The notes under the pieces were generated by a model. The model was not told the origin of the DNA, made no database searches, and was given only the letters and a program-made list of their open reading frames with translations. A DNA stretch of 64,000 nt from Clostridiales bacterium. GTDB lineage: Bacteria; Bacillota; Clostridia; Saccharofermentanales; Saccharofermentanaceae. Positions 18,184-27,878 of the stretch are shown here, piece after piece. A program made the position numbers and the translations under genes. Each line of letters begins with the position of its first letter. Positions within the stretch are counted from its first letter, which is position 1. Where the stretch lies: the NCBI GenBank assembly GCA_017617295.1, contig JAFZWN010000084.1, positions 7,142 to 71,141 on the forward strand, written 5' to 3'.

Positions 18184-18795
18184 ATGGAGAAAGATGCGAA
18201 TCTTATGATAAGAAATATAGTGCTCGATATGGGAAATGTCCTTCTGGATTACGATCCCGAGATCAGCCTGGATAAGTACTGTTCTTCCGCGGAAGAAAAA
18301 GAAGTAATCCGGAAAGAACTCTTCGGAGGTCCCGAGTGGCTGATGGGGGACCGCGGACTCATAAAGGATAAGGACAGGTTCGACCTGGTGAAGGTCAGAG
18401 TCCCGGAGCAGTACCATAAGGCGCTTCGGAAATGTGCGGACAACTGGTATATCTGCATGACCCCTCTTGCAGGCGCGAAGGAATTCTGCGAGGAGATAAG
18501 GGCAAAAGGGTACGGGATCTATATACTCTCGAATGCGAGCGATATGTTCTATAAGTATTTTCCGGAGTTCATGCCGCTTCGGTTTTTCGACGGAGTTTTC
18601 GTATCGTCGGACTATCTTATGCTGAAGCCCGAGACAGATATATATGAGGCTTTCCTTACTAAGTACGGATTAAAGGGAGAGGAATGTCTTTTTGTCGATG
18701 ATCGGGAAGACAATGTGGAAGGGGCTCTGAAGGCAGGGATGAAAGGTTTCCGATTCAGAGGCGATTATAAAGAGGTCTTCGATCATTTATCCTGA
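18184..18795 (+). CDS. HAD family hydrolase
   Basis: 203 aa. Motif I IVLDMGNVLLDY. Motif IV FVDDREDNVEGA. An alternative start is at 18205. Confidence 0.75.
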   Translation: MEKDANLMIRNIVLDMGNVLLDYDPEISLDKYCSSAEEKEVIRKELFGGPEWLMGDRGLIKDKDRFDLVKVRVPEQYHKALRKCADNWYICMTPLAGAKEFCEEIRAKGYGIYILSNASDMFYKYFPEFMPLRFFDGVFVSSDYLMLKPETDIYEAFLTKYGLKGEECLFVDDREDNVEGALKAGMKGFRFRGDYKEVFDHLS

Positions 18796-19679
18796 ATATC
18801 AGTGATCGTATCCGATCCTCTGCCAACTGCCGGTTTTTTCATCAGTTCCCAGAAGCTGATGGCGCTCGCTGCAGCGACATTCAATGAATCGACGCCGTGA
18901 TGCATGGGGATCATGACGCGGTAGTCGCATGCGGAGATGACTTCCTCCGGAAGGCCGGTTCCTTCGGTGCCCATTATCACTGCGAGCTTATCGTTGGAGC
19001 GGATCTCATCGTTATCTATGTTGGTCGAGTCTTCCGTCAGAGCCATCGCGACAGTCTTGAATCCATAGTCTCTGAGGATATTTAAGAGAGTGATCCCGTC
19101 GGATTCCGGGAGTGTCGCTTTTGTCCAGGGTATCTGGAAGACCGTTCCCATGCTGACCCTGGAGCAACGCCTGGTATAAGGGTCTACGGACGGATGGGTG
19201 AGAAGGACTCCGTCCATTCCCAGAGCCGCCGCCGAGCGGATTATCGCTCCGACGTTTACGGGATTTACAACATCCATTAAGACGGTTATACGTTTCTTGT
19301 CGCAGCAGAATTCCGTTACGGATATCAGCGGTTTTCTCCGCAGTGTCATCCAAAGCCCCCTGACCAGTTTATGTCCGGTCATATTGATAACGACTTCGCG
19401 CGGCGCGATATATACCGGGATAGAGTCTCTTTTCTCTTTGCCCCACAGCTTTTCGACCGCATCAAAGACGGGGGCAGCTTCCGCTTCAATACGGTCAGCT
19501 TCAACGAGCATCGAGACGGGTTCGCATCCCGCTTCCAGCGCACGGAGGGCGACATAGGCGCTCTCGGCTATAAAGAGTCCTTCGGAGGAGTCGCCGATGC
19601 TTCGTAAACTGTTCTCAGTGACCCTGGCGAAGATATCCAGTTCGGGTGCGTTTATGTCATTTATCTCGATCAGATTCAT
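18783..19679 (-). CDS. TrmH/SpoU family RNA 2'-O-methyltransferase
   Basis: 298 aa with SpoU motifs NPVNVGAIIRSAAALG, IMGTEGTGL and IPMHHGVDSLNVAAASAI. Confidence 0.85.
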   Translation of the reverse strand: MNLIEINDINAPELDIFARVTENSLRSIGDSSEGLFIAESAYVALRALEAGCEPVSMLVEADRIEAEAAPVFDAVEKLWGKEKRDSIPVYIAPREVVINMTGHKLVRGLWMTLRRKPLISVTEFCCDKKRITVLMDVVNPVNVGAIIRSAAALGMDGVLLTHPSVDPYTRRCSRVSMGTVFQIPWTKATLPESDGITLLNILRDYGFKTVAMALTEDSTNIDNDEIRSNDKLAVIMGTEGTGLPEEVISACDYRVMIPMHHGVDSLNVAAASAISFWELMKKPAVGRGSDTITDIQDK

Positions 19680-19698
19680 GCTGCTGCCTTCTTCATGG

Positions 19699-20376
19699 TC
19701 ATATATTAAGCCCGGCGTTTTCTTCCGGTTCTCCCCGAAGTCCGAGGAACTTTTCCGCCAAAGCGACTGTCTCGTCTATCGACCTGTTTTCGTCCCGAAG
19801 GATCGTGTTAAATCCTGAGTAAAGAATCTCGTCGTATGCTTCCTGCGAGTTAATAAGCTCAAGCCCCTTACGGTAATTCTCCATGGCGGTCTTCGGATCG
19901 GGCTCTTCCATGATCAGGCTGTAAAGAAACTGTTTTTCAGGATCGCCTCTCTCAAAAAACCTTTGCGCGGAAACTCCCGGATCGGCGAGCATCGCAAGGA
20001 CGTGATCCGAAGGAGCTATAGATCTTAACGTATCTATGCAGATATTGGTATCCACAAATACCGGCTTTCCCTGACTGCAGATATCGGGGAGCATCCGAAG
20101 TTCCAGGATCTCGCACTCTTTCTTGACTCCGTCGATCCAGTCCTTGTATTCCTGAGGAGATCTTCTTATAAAGTCATGCCAGTCGGAAATGTCCCTTGTG
20201 TAGGTCAGACAGGGAAACTCAATGCTGTCCAGATGCTCCGGATAGTCGTCGTGATAGTTTTCCCTGCAGGCGATCCCGCCGTGCCTTTGGGCGAGCTCTT
20301 TTACGAGCGTGGATTTTCCGGCATAAGCCGTCCCGATGATGAAGTATGCATTATCAAAAAATATCTTGTCTTCCAT
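19699..20376 (-). CDS. P-loop NTPase / kinase-like protein
   Basis: 225 aa. Walker A GTAYAGKST near the N-terminus. No other motif recognised. Confidence 0.6.
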   Translation of the reverse strand: MEDKIFFDNAYFIIGTAYAGKSTLVKELAQRHGGIACRENYHDDYPEHLDSIEFPCLTYTRDISDWHDFIRRSPQEYKDWIDGVKKECEILELRMLPDICSQGKPVFVDTNICIDTLRSIAPSDHVLAMLADPGVSAQRFFERGDPEKQFLYSLIMEEPDPKTAMENYRKGLELINSQEAYDEILYSGFNTILRDENRSIDETVALAEKFLGLRGEPEENAGLNI

Positions 20377-20442
20377 ACGATGATTATAGCATTGAAAGGG
20401 TATCCCGTTGGTATTATTATCGTAATTGGAAGTGTTACCGGA

Positions 20443-21201
20443 TCATTTAAGCGTCGATTCGGGGCCCTTGTAGCGGATCTTTCCGACGGAGCCTTTACCG
20501 TATTCTATCGCATCCTTCGGACAGCGGTTGATACAGGCCATGCAGTGTGTGCAGTTTTTGTCCCAGACGGGCTTACCGTCCGTCATGCTGATATTTGACA
20601 TCGGGCAGATGCCGGCACAAAGCCCGCACGAGACACATGCATCCGTCGCAAGAAACTTCTTTGTCTTCATGAAGTCCTTATAGTAGAGATCCCTGACCCA
20701 TTTGGTGACCGCATATTCGGCCGATCCGACCTTCTTGTCGTCGAGCTTTCCGCCGCTCTTGACAGTCTCGGCTATGTGATCTATCACGGGAAGAGCTTCG
20801 TTAACGATCGTACCGTTTGTTTCCTTATCCTTCATCGAGAACAGAGCGATATAGTTCTGGGGCATCACTACCTGTGAGGCGCCCATGTATTCCATACCCT
20901 TTTTCTCACACAGTTCGCGGCACACCCTTGACGAGGCGCCCAGAGAAGCCGCACATGTGATCAGGAAATATGCCTTGACTCCCTGCGGAAATGTAGCCGA
21001 TTCGATGAACTCCGTCATGGATCTGGCGGGCGTCGACATATAGCAGGGACACGAGAAAAGATATGCGCCGCCTTCAGTAAAGACAGGGCTTTCTCCGCTC
21101 TTTTTATATGCCGTGACGTCTTCCGCTTTCTGTCCGATCGCTTCCGCGATCCTCTCGGCAGCAAATCTGCTGTTACCCGTACCCGAAAAATAAAAAACCA
21201 T
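20443..21201 (-). CDS. EFR1-type ferredoxin (flavodoxin-like domain + 2x[4Fe-4S])
   Basis: 252 aa. Starts MVFYFSGTGNSRF. Cys clusters CVSCGLCAGICP and CTHCMACINRCP. Confidence 0.8.
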   Translation of the reverse strand: MVFYFSGTGNSRFAAERIAEAIGQKAEDVTAYKKSGESPVFTEGGAYLFSCPCYMSTPARSMTEFIESATFPQGVKAYFLITCAASLGASSRVCRELCEKKGMEYMGASQVVMPQNYIALFSMKDKETNGTIVNEALPVIDHIAETVKSGGKLDDKKVGSAEYAVTKWVRDLYYKDFMKTKKFLATDACVSCGLCAGICPMSNISMTDGKPVWDKNCTHCMACINRCPKDAIEYGKGSVGKIRYKGPESTLK

Positions 21202-21207
21202 TTGATC

Positions 21208-21867
21208 CTAACTCCCTTTAAGAGGCATGATGACATTTTCCATGAACTGCCTTGCCCCGTCTTCTTTTAATAACATCTTCAGTGTCTTGCTCGAGGGATT
21301 GCCCTCCGTTATCATGCACTCCCTGAAAGAACGTAGCTTGTCTTCGTATCCGGAAAGTCTCTTGCACGAAGATACGGATCCCAGATAGCTTCTTATGCAG
21401 TCGGCTGCCATATCAGTCAGCTGATCCGCCTCTCCCGACTTGATGAGCGAATAAGGCATCCTCTCTTTGACATACCAGTTATCCTTTTCGGCATAATCGG
21501 GAAGGGCTTTCCACCTGTCATAAGATTCCTTCAAAGCGGCATCATTGAACCCGTCCGCTCCGCATCCGTAGTACTCGACAAACGCGCAGCGCTTTTTCTT
21601 CATGCTCATGGCATCTACCAGAAGATACGGAAGATCGGGAAGCTCTGACGGCATAAAGGATATCGTAAGGAGTTCCATACCCATCTTTGTCGTCGTATGC
21701 ATGATCATAATGTGACCGAAGCCTTTAACCTCGTACCGGTCGACGTGAAACCGCATAAGAGGCAAGAGGGACGGATACTTCATATCGGTATACCGGTCCG
21801 CCGGAAGCACTGCCGCACCACTTTTGAGGATGATGTCAACGGCTTTCTGCTTGAGAGAGCTTATCAT
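21208..21867 (-). CDS. hypothetical protein (operon partner of the SDR and EFR1 ferredoxin genes)
   Basis: 219-aa ORF. ATGA overlap with the upstream SDR gene and 6-nt gap to the ferredoxin gene. No motif recognised. Confidence 0.55.
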   Translation of the reverse strand: MISSLKQKAVDIILKSGAAVLPADRYTDMKYPSLLPLMRFHVDRYEVKGFGHIMIMHTTTKMGMELLTISFMPSELPDLPYLLVDAMSMKKKRCAFVEYYGCGADGFNDAALKESYDRWKALPDYAEKDNWYVKERMPYSLIKSGEADQLTDMAADCIRSYLGSVSSCKRLSGYEDKLRSFRECMITEGNPSSKTLKMLLKEDGARQFMENVIMPLKGS

Positions 21868-22706
21868 TTTTCAAAACTCTTCCTGATATACTCGGCGAAG
21901 CTCATGTCACCCGCGATGGTATCACCGACCATGTCATGTGTCAGAGTCCACTTGGAGAAACGGATGATCGCTTCCTTGCCGTTCTTCTTGAGCTTGTTGA
22001 CGAAAGCGAGCATATCGAATATCGCGGGCGAAGCTCTCTTGATGACCGGCTCCTTGCCTGCGGCCTCGAAGCACATCTTGGCGATCTCCTCGTATGAATA
22101 CTTCTCTTTTCCGCCGACGGAATATGTCTTGTTCTCATCGGTAATGTGCGCCACGATGAACTTCGCGAAGTCCTCGGTGGAGACGATATTTGCATAGACC
22201 GGCTCCTTGCTGAGCAGTGTGACCTTGCCCTTTTCGATCATGGGCTTAAAGACCTTGATGATGTCGTAAAAATATCCCGTAGGACGGTGGATGACATACG
22301 TGATGCCGCTCTTCTTGAGATCTTCCTCGAAAAGAAACTTGGCATGTACCATCGGGACATCGGGAGCGGTATCCGCCTTGACGACGGAGATATAAACAAA
22401 GTTCCTGACTCCTGCCTTCTTGGCTTCATTTAAAAGGTTCAGGTTGCCTCTATAATCGATGTCGTAATTACTGAGAGTCGCTGAGCCTCTGGTAAGACCG
22501 ACTGTGGTGATCAGGGCATCCGCGCCGTCGCACACTCCTTCAAGCGTCTTGGGATCGGTCACGTCGATCTTTACGAAACGGGAAGGCGACACGCCGATAT
22601 CCCTCTGAGCCATGTCAAGAGCAATGACCTCATGTCCGTTATCGACCAATTCCCTGAAAATATCAGAACCAAGATTACCGTAAGCACCGGCCAGAACGAC
22701 CTTCAT
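21864..22706 (-). CDS. NAD(P)H-binding SDR/NmrA-like oxidoreductase
   Basis: Rossmann motif MKVVLAGAYGNLG. GGAGG lies 7 nt upstream of ATG 22706. The track start at 22748 has no SD. Confidence 0.75.
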   Translation of the reverse strand: MKVVLAGAYGNLGSDIFRELVDNGHEVIALDMAQRDIGVSPSRFVKIDVTDPKTLEGVCDGADALITTVGLTRGSATLSNYDIDYRGNLNLLNEAKKAGVRNFVYISVVKADTAPDVPMVHAKFLFEEDLKKSGITYVIHRPTGYFYDIIKVFKPMIEKGKVTLLSKEPVYANIVSTEDFAKFIVAHITDENKTYSVGGKEKYSYEEIAKMCFEAAGKEPVIKRASPAIFDMLAFVNKLKKNGKEAIIRFSKWTLTHDMVGDTIAGDMSFAEYIRKSFEK

Positions 22707-22789
22707 AAGATTACCTCCGTTAGCATTCATAGTATGACCATTATACATCTTTGCGGGTGATGATTGTTAAACGTTTCCCCCCGGGCAGA

Positions 22790-23173
22790 TCATTCTGCGG
22801 CCATCTTCCCGTCTTTGACGGAAACGGCTATCTGCCAGTCATCCTCGTAGACGATCTTTCCTACGAAATTCGTATATACGACATCATACGGCTTACCGTA
22901 TTTATCCAGAAGGTCGATCGCCGGCTGTAGTTTCTCCTGCATATGAGAAGTGGTACCGCATTTGAAAAAAGTTATGACCGTCTCGTGATTCTTACAGGGT
23001 TCGGGCTCAGGAAGATTATCCTTGAACCAGTCGTCAATGGATCTGAACAGAGCCTCTTCTTCAGCAGTCAGGACTTTGTCTCTTATAAGATTCCAGCACA
23101 GGCTGAAGATACCTTTCGGATACTTTGTGATGTAGGAATCTTCTCTTCCCTGAATGCGCATATATTTGTACAT
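22790..23173 (-). CDS. hypothetical protein
   Basis: 127-aa ORF with plausible composition. No motif recognised. Confidence 0.5.
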   Translation of the reverse strand: MYKYMRIQGREDSYITKYPKGIFSLCWNLIRDKVLTAEEEALFRSIDDWFKDNLPEPEPCKNHETVITFFKCGTTSHMQEKLQPAIDLLDKYGKPYDVVYTNFVGKIVYEDDWQIAVSVKDGKMAAE

Positions 23174-23358
23174 TATATAAAACCCTCTGAAGTTGATATA
23201 GGGATTATATCATTTCCCGAACTGCTTTCTGTTGAGAACGATGCAAAATGGTATTATACATGTGTCGAAATAATTTTTTGAAAATTTTTCCCGATCCACC
23301 CAAGAAACCGCATCAGCAGTTCGTCAAGTAAGTAGATGCGGAAAGAAAGGATGCAAAA

Positions 23359-24987
23359 ATGACCGATCAGGAACTCGAGCAGATCTATAACGAAGGCTAC
23401 AAGGCGGTGTACTGGACGGCTATGTCGTTTCTTAAGAACGAAGCCGACGCCGAGGATATCGTCCAGGATGTCTTCGTTACCCTGATAAAGTCCTATGAGA
23501 CTATAAGGGATAAGGCCAAGGTGCTTCCCTGGCTCAAGAAGACTGCCGCCAACCGCTGCCTTGATAAGATCAAGCTCAGTAAGACGGACAACATGGATGA
23601 CGAGTTCTTTGACAGTATCGAGGCGCTTCCCGAGGACTTCCTGCCCGATTCTATTTTGGAGTCGGATGAGTCAAGGAAGATCGTTATGGATATCATCAGA
23701 GGTTCGCTTTCTACGGATATCCAAAGGACACTCATCATGTTCTACTTTAACGAGATGAGCACCAAAGAGATCTCCGAAGCGCTCGGCGTACCTGCCGGTA
23801 CTGTCTCCTGGAGGATCAATTTTGCAAAGAAAACAATCAAGAAGGAGGTCGAGAAATATGAAGATCAGAACAGGACAAAGCTCTTTGGTATGGGACTGCC
23901 GTTCCTGACAAAGCTTTTTATGAAAGAAGCCGAGCAGGTAAGTTTCAGGCCTATGCCGGCTTCGCTTTCACAAACACTTACCGGTCCTTCCGCATCAAAG
24001 GCGAACCTTACTAAAGGATCCGCAAAGAAAATCACGGCTGCAGCATCCAAGGCAGCCAAGGAAGGAACAGGCTTTATGCTGAAAAAGATAATTATAGGCG
24101 GTGTCTCCGTCATGCTCGCGGGAACCGCGGCAGTCGTGGGCATACAGCAGGCAGCAAAGAACTCCAAGGCCGGGATCGATATAATAGCTTCTTCGGAAGT
24201 CACGGTTACCGAGACGGAAGATACGGCAGATACGACGGAGGAGACGCTCCGCGAGATCATCGTACTGCCGGGTCAAACTGTTACTTATGATCCGACACCG
24301 TCGGAACCACCCCATCTGAAGTTTGACGGACAGATGGCGCAGGCGGTCTACGATGCTTTGATGGAATATATGTATAACGATCAATTTCCTTGCGTTAATT
24401 ATGAATACTGTTGTTATAACCCGTACTTCTACGATCCTGACAGTTATGTGTGGGCACTGTATGATGTGGACACAGACGGTCAGGAAGAACTGATCTTATA
24501 CATTTACAGTGAATTGTACAGCGGATTCGGTTTCGGATATGTTTTTGATTATGATATGGAGTCCTGTGAATGGACATGTATATTTCATAATTCTGCCGAG
24601 AATCATCTTTACGATAACGGTGTGATATTGTCGACAAACGATTATTACCCGCAGGACAGGTCGGCTGTGGTTAGGGAATGCTTATATGTGTATGATCCCG
24701 GAGCAAACGTTTTTACTATGCGTAAAAATGCCGAGCAGTGGACGTATTGGACCTTTCACCAGTTTTATACCGATGAGGAAATACCTGAAGAGGCACAGTC
24801 GATCCACGGTTATGATTATCTGTATAAGATATATGACGACGGTATTTATCTTGACGGTTTTTACGACGATGATTTCTGGCGCGGGATCTACAGCCCGTAT
24901 ATAGAAGGCGCCAATGAGGTGTTTCCGGAATTCATGCCGCTGGATGAAGATTTCATCATCAACTATGTGCAGAACATGCATTACTAA
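23359..24987 (+). CDS. ECF-type sigma-70 factor fused to a transmembrane helix and a ~280-aa extracytoplasmic domain
   Basis: Residues 1-170 carry sigma region 2 (DIVQDVFV..LPWL..A.N.C.D) and region 4 (MFYFNEMSTKEISEALGVPAGTVSWRINFAKK). A TM helix IIIGGVSVMLAGTAAVVGI follows at ~aa 245. The C-terminal domain is Tyr/Asp-rich. Confidence 0.8.
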   Translation: MTDQELEQIYNEGYKAVYWTAMSFLKNEADAEDIVQDVFVTLIKSYETIRDKAKVLPWLKKTAANRCLDKIKLSKTDNMDDEFFDSIEALPEDFLPDSILESDESRKIVMDIIRGSLSTDIQRTLIMFYFNEMSTKEISEALGVPAGTVSWRINFAKKTIKKEVEKYEDQNRTKLFGMGLPFLTKLFMKEAEQVSFRPMPASLSQTLTGPSASKANLTKGSAKKITAAASKAAKEGTGFMLKKIIIGGVSVMLAGTAAVVGIQQAAKNSKAGIDIIASSEVTVTETEDTADTTEETLREIIVLPGQTVTYDPTPSEPPHLKFDGQMAQAVYDALMEYMYNDQFPCVNYEYCCYNPYFYDPDSYVWALYDVDTDGQEELILYIYSELYSGFGFGYVFDYDMESCEWTCIFHNSAENHLYDNGVILSTNDYYPQDRSAVVRECLYVYDPGANVFTMRKNAEQWTYWTFHQFYTDEEIPEEAQSIHGYDYLYKIYDDGIYLDGFYDDDFWRGIYSPYIEGANEVFPEFMPLDEDFIINYVQNMHY

Positions 24988-25013
24988 AATTTTCAAAAAT
25001 CAGGAGAAATAAT

Positions 25014-25688
25014 ATGGAATTCATTAATAAGTTCAAGGCCCCCGAGAGGTGGTCTGATTATAACCTTGTCTGTTTTTTCATTCAGCTTACCGTGATCATC
25101 ATCACGTCATTTTTGGTGTTTCGCATATTCGTCTACAATAATCCCGAATTTCCGGAGATGTCCCGGAAGAACGGAGCTGTAGCATCGTTTTTCGATGATC
25201 TTACGGCAAGAAGGGGAGAAGAGAAGATCCTCCGTAAGATCCCCTCACTGTCATCAGACGAGCAGTATATTGAGACCAACAAGTTCATCGATCTTGGAAA
25301 CGGCGGTCTGTGGCTTACCGAGAGGCAGGACGGGATGTTCGGAATATTGTGTATAAGTGTATGCTTTTCCGGAGTGATACTCGTCTTTGTCGGAGCGGGT
25401 CCCCTCTACAGGCTCGTAAGACGGATAATAGGAATACTGACGGCAGCCTTAGCCCCGTTTTTCATCTTCGTAATTCCGTTCGGAGTATGGGGTGCTCTTG
25501 TAAGCATAATACTGGCAGTGGTCGGATATCTTACACTGACGTTTTGCCCTTTGATCCTTACCGCACATCTTGTACTCGGTATCGTGCAGATCAGGATGCT
25601 CCGCGGAAATAAATGCAAAGAAACGGTGCGCGGGGAGCGCGCCGAAGGATATTCACCGGCATATGGTCAATGTTTCGAAGATCCGTGA
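25014..25688 (+). CDS. multi-pass membrane protein, unknown function
   Basis: 224 aa with at least 4 hydrophobic helices. SD AGGAGA upstream. Confidence 0.6.
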   Translation: MEFINKFKAPERWSDYNLVCFFIQLTVIIITSFLVFRIFVYNNPEFPEMSRKNGAVASFFDDLTARRGEEKILRKIPSLSSDEQYIETNKFIDLGNGGLWLTERQDGMFGILCISVCFSGVILVFVGAGPLYRLVRRIIGILTAALAPFFIFVIPFGVWGALVSIILAVVGYLTLTFCPLILTAHLVLGIVQIRMLRGNKCKETVRGERAEGYSPAYGQCFEDP

Positions 25689-25736
25689 TAGATACAGATC
25701 AGCCCATTCGGGTATAGTGCCTCAGCCGGCCGGCTT

Positions 25737-25848
25737 GTCCCTGATTTGGAGCGTGAAACCGCATTTTTATGTACCACATTAGGGACAAAGGCGGGTTTGT
25801 CCCTACCCTTGTACATAAATCTGCGGTTACAAGAAGAAAATCAGGGAC
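25737..25848. repeat. mosaic palindromic repeat, locus 2 (inverted 50-nt unit + 12-nt linker + 50-nt unit; long hairpin)
   Basis: 25737-25786 is the reverse complement of the unit seen at 25799-25848. The linker AAAGGCGGGTTT is the reverse complement of the locus-1 linker. The site is a convergent intergenic position. Confidence 0.85.
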
Positions 25849-25931
25849 AGAGGCTGCCGGTCTTATGATCCTGCAAACGGGATCGCGGAGTTTAAACAGT
25901 AGTCTTTGGTTTTTGTTGATTTACTCGCTTT

Positions 25932-26609
25932 TCAGCCGAGAAGATCCGACAATGTATCTTCCGTTTCCACCGGTGTCCAGTGGCCTTCCACGCAGATCTC
26001 GGGATCTATCTTCCTGATGTTCTCCGCGAGCTTTTCCGCCTTGATCCTGTCCTTTGTTCCTTTCGGAAATTCCCCGCATGTGGAGTCTCCGAGGAAGAGC
26101 GTCCTGTCTTCGCACACATAGACCAGTGTGGAGTCATCGGTATGGGGAGAAGGCGATTGCATGATCTTGACCGTGCATCCTCCGAGATCGATAGTCATGC
26201 CGCCGTCAAAAACAATATCAGCGGGGACGACGATGACTTCGCGGTTGCCCTCATATTCTTTTCTGATACTGTCATATAAGTTCAGAAATTCATCGGGACC
26301 GTTCGCCTCGATCTTACTGATACATTCGAGAAGATGCCCGTTTGTCCTGCTGTTCGCGATGCTTAGACCGTTTATGGCATGCATCCCGAAAGTGTGGTCC
26401 CAATGCCAGTGGGTAAGTACCGTAAGATCGGGGAGGGGAAGGCCTTCTTTTTGTAAAAGACCGTAGAATTCCTTAGTGTGTGCTTCCGAATGTCCCGCGT
26501 CTATCGCCAGGCTTCTTTTATCGCCCCTGACATACCCGAGGTTCGGGCGGTCCCTTTCTTCCTCGAAAGGTATATACCATATATGTTCTGAAAGTTTCTT
26601 CAGTTCCAT
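25932..26609 (-). CDS. MBL-fold metallo-hydrolase
   Basis: 225 aa with the motif THWHWDHTFG. Confidence 0.8.
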   Translation of the reverse strand: MELKKLSEHIWYIPFEEERDRPNLGYVRGDKRSLAIDAGHSEAHTKEFYGLLQKEGLPLPDLTVLTHWHWDHTFGMHAINGLSIANSRTNGHLLECISKIEANGPDEFLNLYDSIRKEYEGNREVIVVPADIVFDGGMTIDLGGCTVKIMQSPSPHTDDSTLVYVCEDRTLFLGDSTCGEFPKGTKDRIKAEKLAENIRKIDPEICVEGHWTPVETEDTLSDLLG

Positions 26610-26629
26610 GTCCTGTCCCTCCTTAAGTC

Positions 26630-27073
26630 TTAAATGTATTTCGCAAAAGGTACCAGGCTGCTCACTTCTACATAGCCGTTTTTCTTATAGAAGTTATATG
26701 CCGGGACGTCTCTGTCCGTTAAAAGGAAGATCTGTTTGAGCCCGAGTTCCTTTATCGCTTTCTCTATCTCTGTCAGGAAGAACGTACCCGCGCCCGTGCC
26801 CTGTCTGTCGGTCAATATGCACAGTTCGTTGATTATGTATTCCGTGCCCGTATACCAGTGCTTTATATAACCCATCGAGATGCCAATCAGATCATTTCCG
26901 TCGTACAGTCCGTAAGTCAGGGAATAGTTCTGGCCGGCGAGATCGTTTATGTATAGATCGAGCTGCTCTTTGTCCGACCAGTCGTCATTCCAAGGCTCAC
27001 GCGTAAAGACGCTCACGAAAATGTCTTTTATCGCTTCTTTATCATCTATGGAAAGTCTTTTGAGTTCAAACAT
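26630..27073 (-). CDS. GNAT family N-acetyltransferase
   Basis: 147 aa with the acetyl-CoA loop RQGTGAGTFFL. Confidence 0.75.
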   Translation of the reverse strand: MFELKRLSIDDKEAIKDIFVSVFTREPWNDDWSDKEQLDLYINDLAGQNYSLTYGLYDGNDLIGISMGYIKHWYTGTEYIINELCILTDRQGTGAGTFFLTEIEKAIKELGLKQIFLLTDRDVPAYNFYKKNGYVEVSSLVPFAKYI

Positions 27074-27129
27074 GGATATGTCTCCCGTATTATTGCATTT
27101 CCCGAAAGGCGGACTATAGATCCCGCCTC

Positions 27130-27651
27130 TTACCGGATGTCTTCAAAGATACTGTCGAGATATGAACGGTATCTCTCGACGTGAGTCGTTATTGCCAGAT
27201 CGGACCTCGTATATTCCAGAAGTCCTTTTACATCGACCCATCTGTATTCGGTAGTCTCCCCGTCCTGAAGAACGACGGCATCCTTATCTCCGCTTACGAC
27301 AGCAAGATACGAAAAAATAATGCTGTGGCTTTTGTCTCTTATGGTCTTATTGATCTGCTTGATGCTGTCGGGAACAAGACCTGTCTCTTCGAAAAGCTCT
27401 CTTATCGCACACTGCTTCGGATCTTCTCCCTGCTGGGCCGAGCCGCCCGCGCTGGCTTCCCAGTATCCGGGATATACGTCTTTCTCCGGATGCCTTTTTG
27501 TAAGAAGATACGTACCGTCAACATGCTTGACAAGGATATCGCTTACGATGTGATACAGCCCGTCAGGGATTGCAAGATAATTTCCGTGCTGCCGTTCCCA
27601 GACTTCGCCTGTTTTATTTCCTTCCCGATCGTAAAGATCCCATATTTCCAT
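27130..27651 (-). CDS. NUDIX hydrolase
   Basis: 173 aa with the Nudix box GGSAQQGEDPKQCAIRELFEETG. Confidence 0.85.
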   Translation of the reverse strand: MEIWDLYDREGNKTGEVWERQHGNYLAIPDGLYHIVSDILVKHVDGTYLLTKRHPEKDVYPGYWEASAGGSAQQGEDPKQCAIRELFEETGLVPDSIKQINKTIRDKSHSIIFSYLAVVSGDKDAVVLQDGETTEYRWVDVKGLLEYTRSDLAITTHVERYRSYLDSIFEDIR

Positions 27652-27878
27652 ATTGTGATTACCACCTCTTATTTGTTTTACGAGATATTATACCATCCCA
27701 AGGGGGTGCTTCGTGATCGTCTCGCATTCAGGTCCTCCGCGCTCCGCTTGTGCGGAAGAAATGCTCGACGGATCCCGGTGCACCTCCGATTCTTTCCTTC
27801 AAATGAAAAAAGTGCCTTTTGCAACTAGTTGCGCGAAGCGCACTGTCCGTATGTTGCAAAAGACTCTTTTTGAATCTT

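Noticed and set aside
23301-23325. Possible autoregulatory ECF promoter GAAAC...CGTC upstream of the sigma gene.
   Set aside because: The AAC-to-CGT spacing is only 13 nt, against the 16-17 nt typical for ECF promoters.
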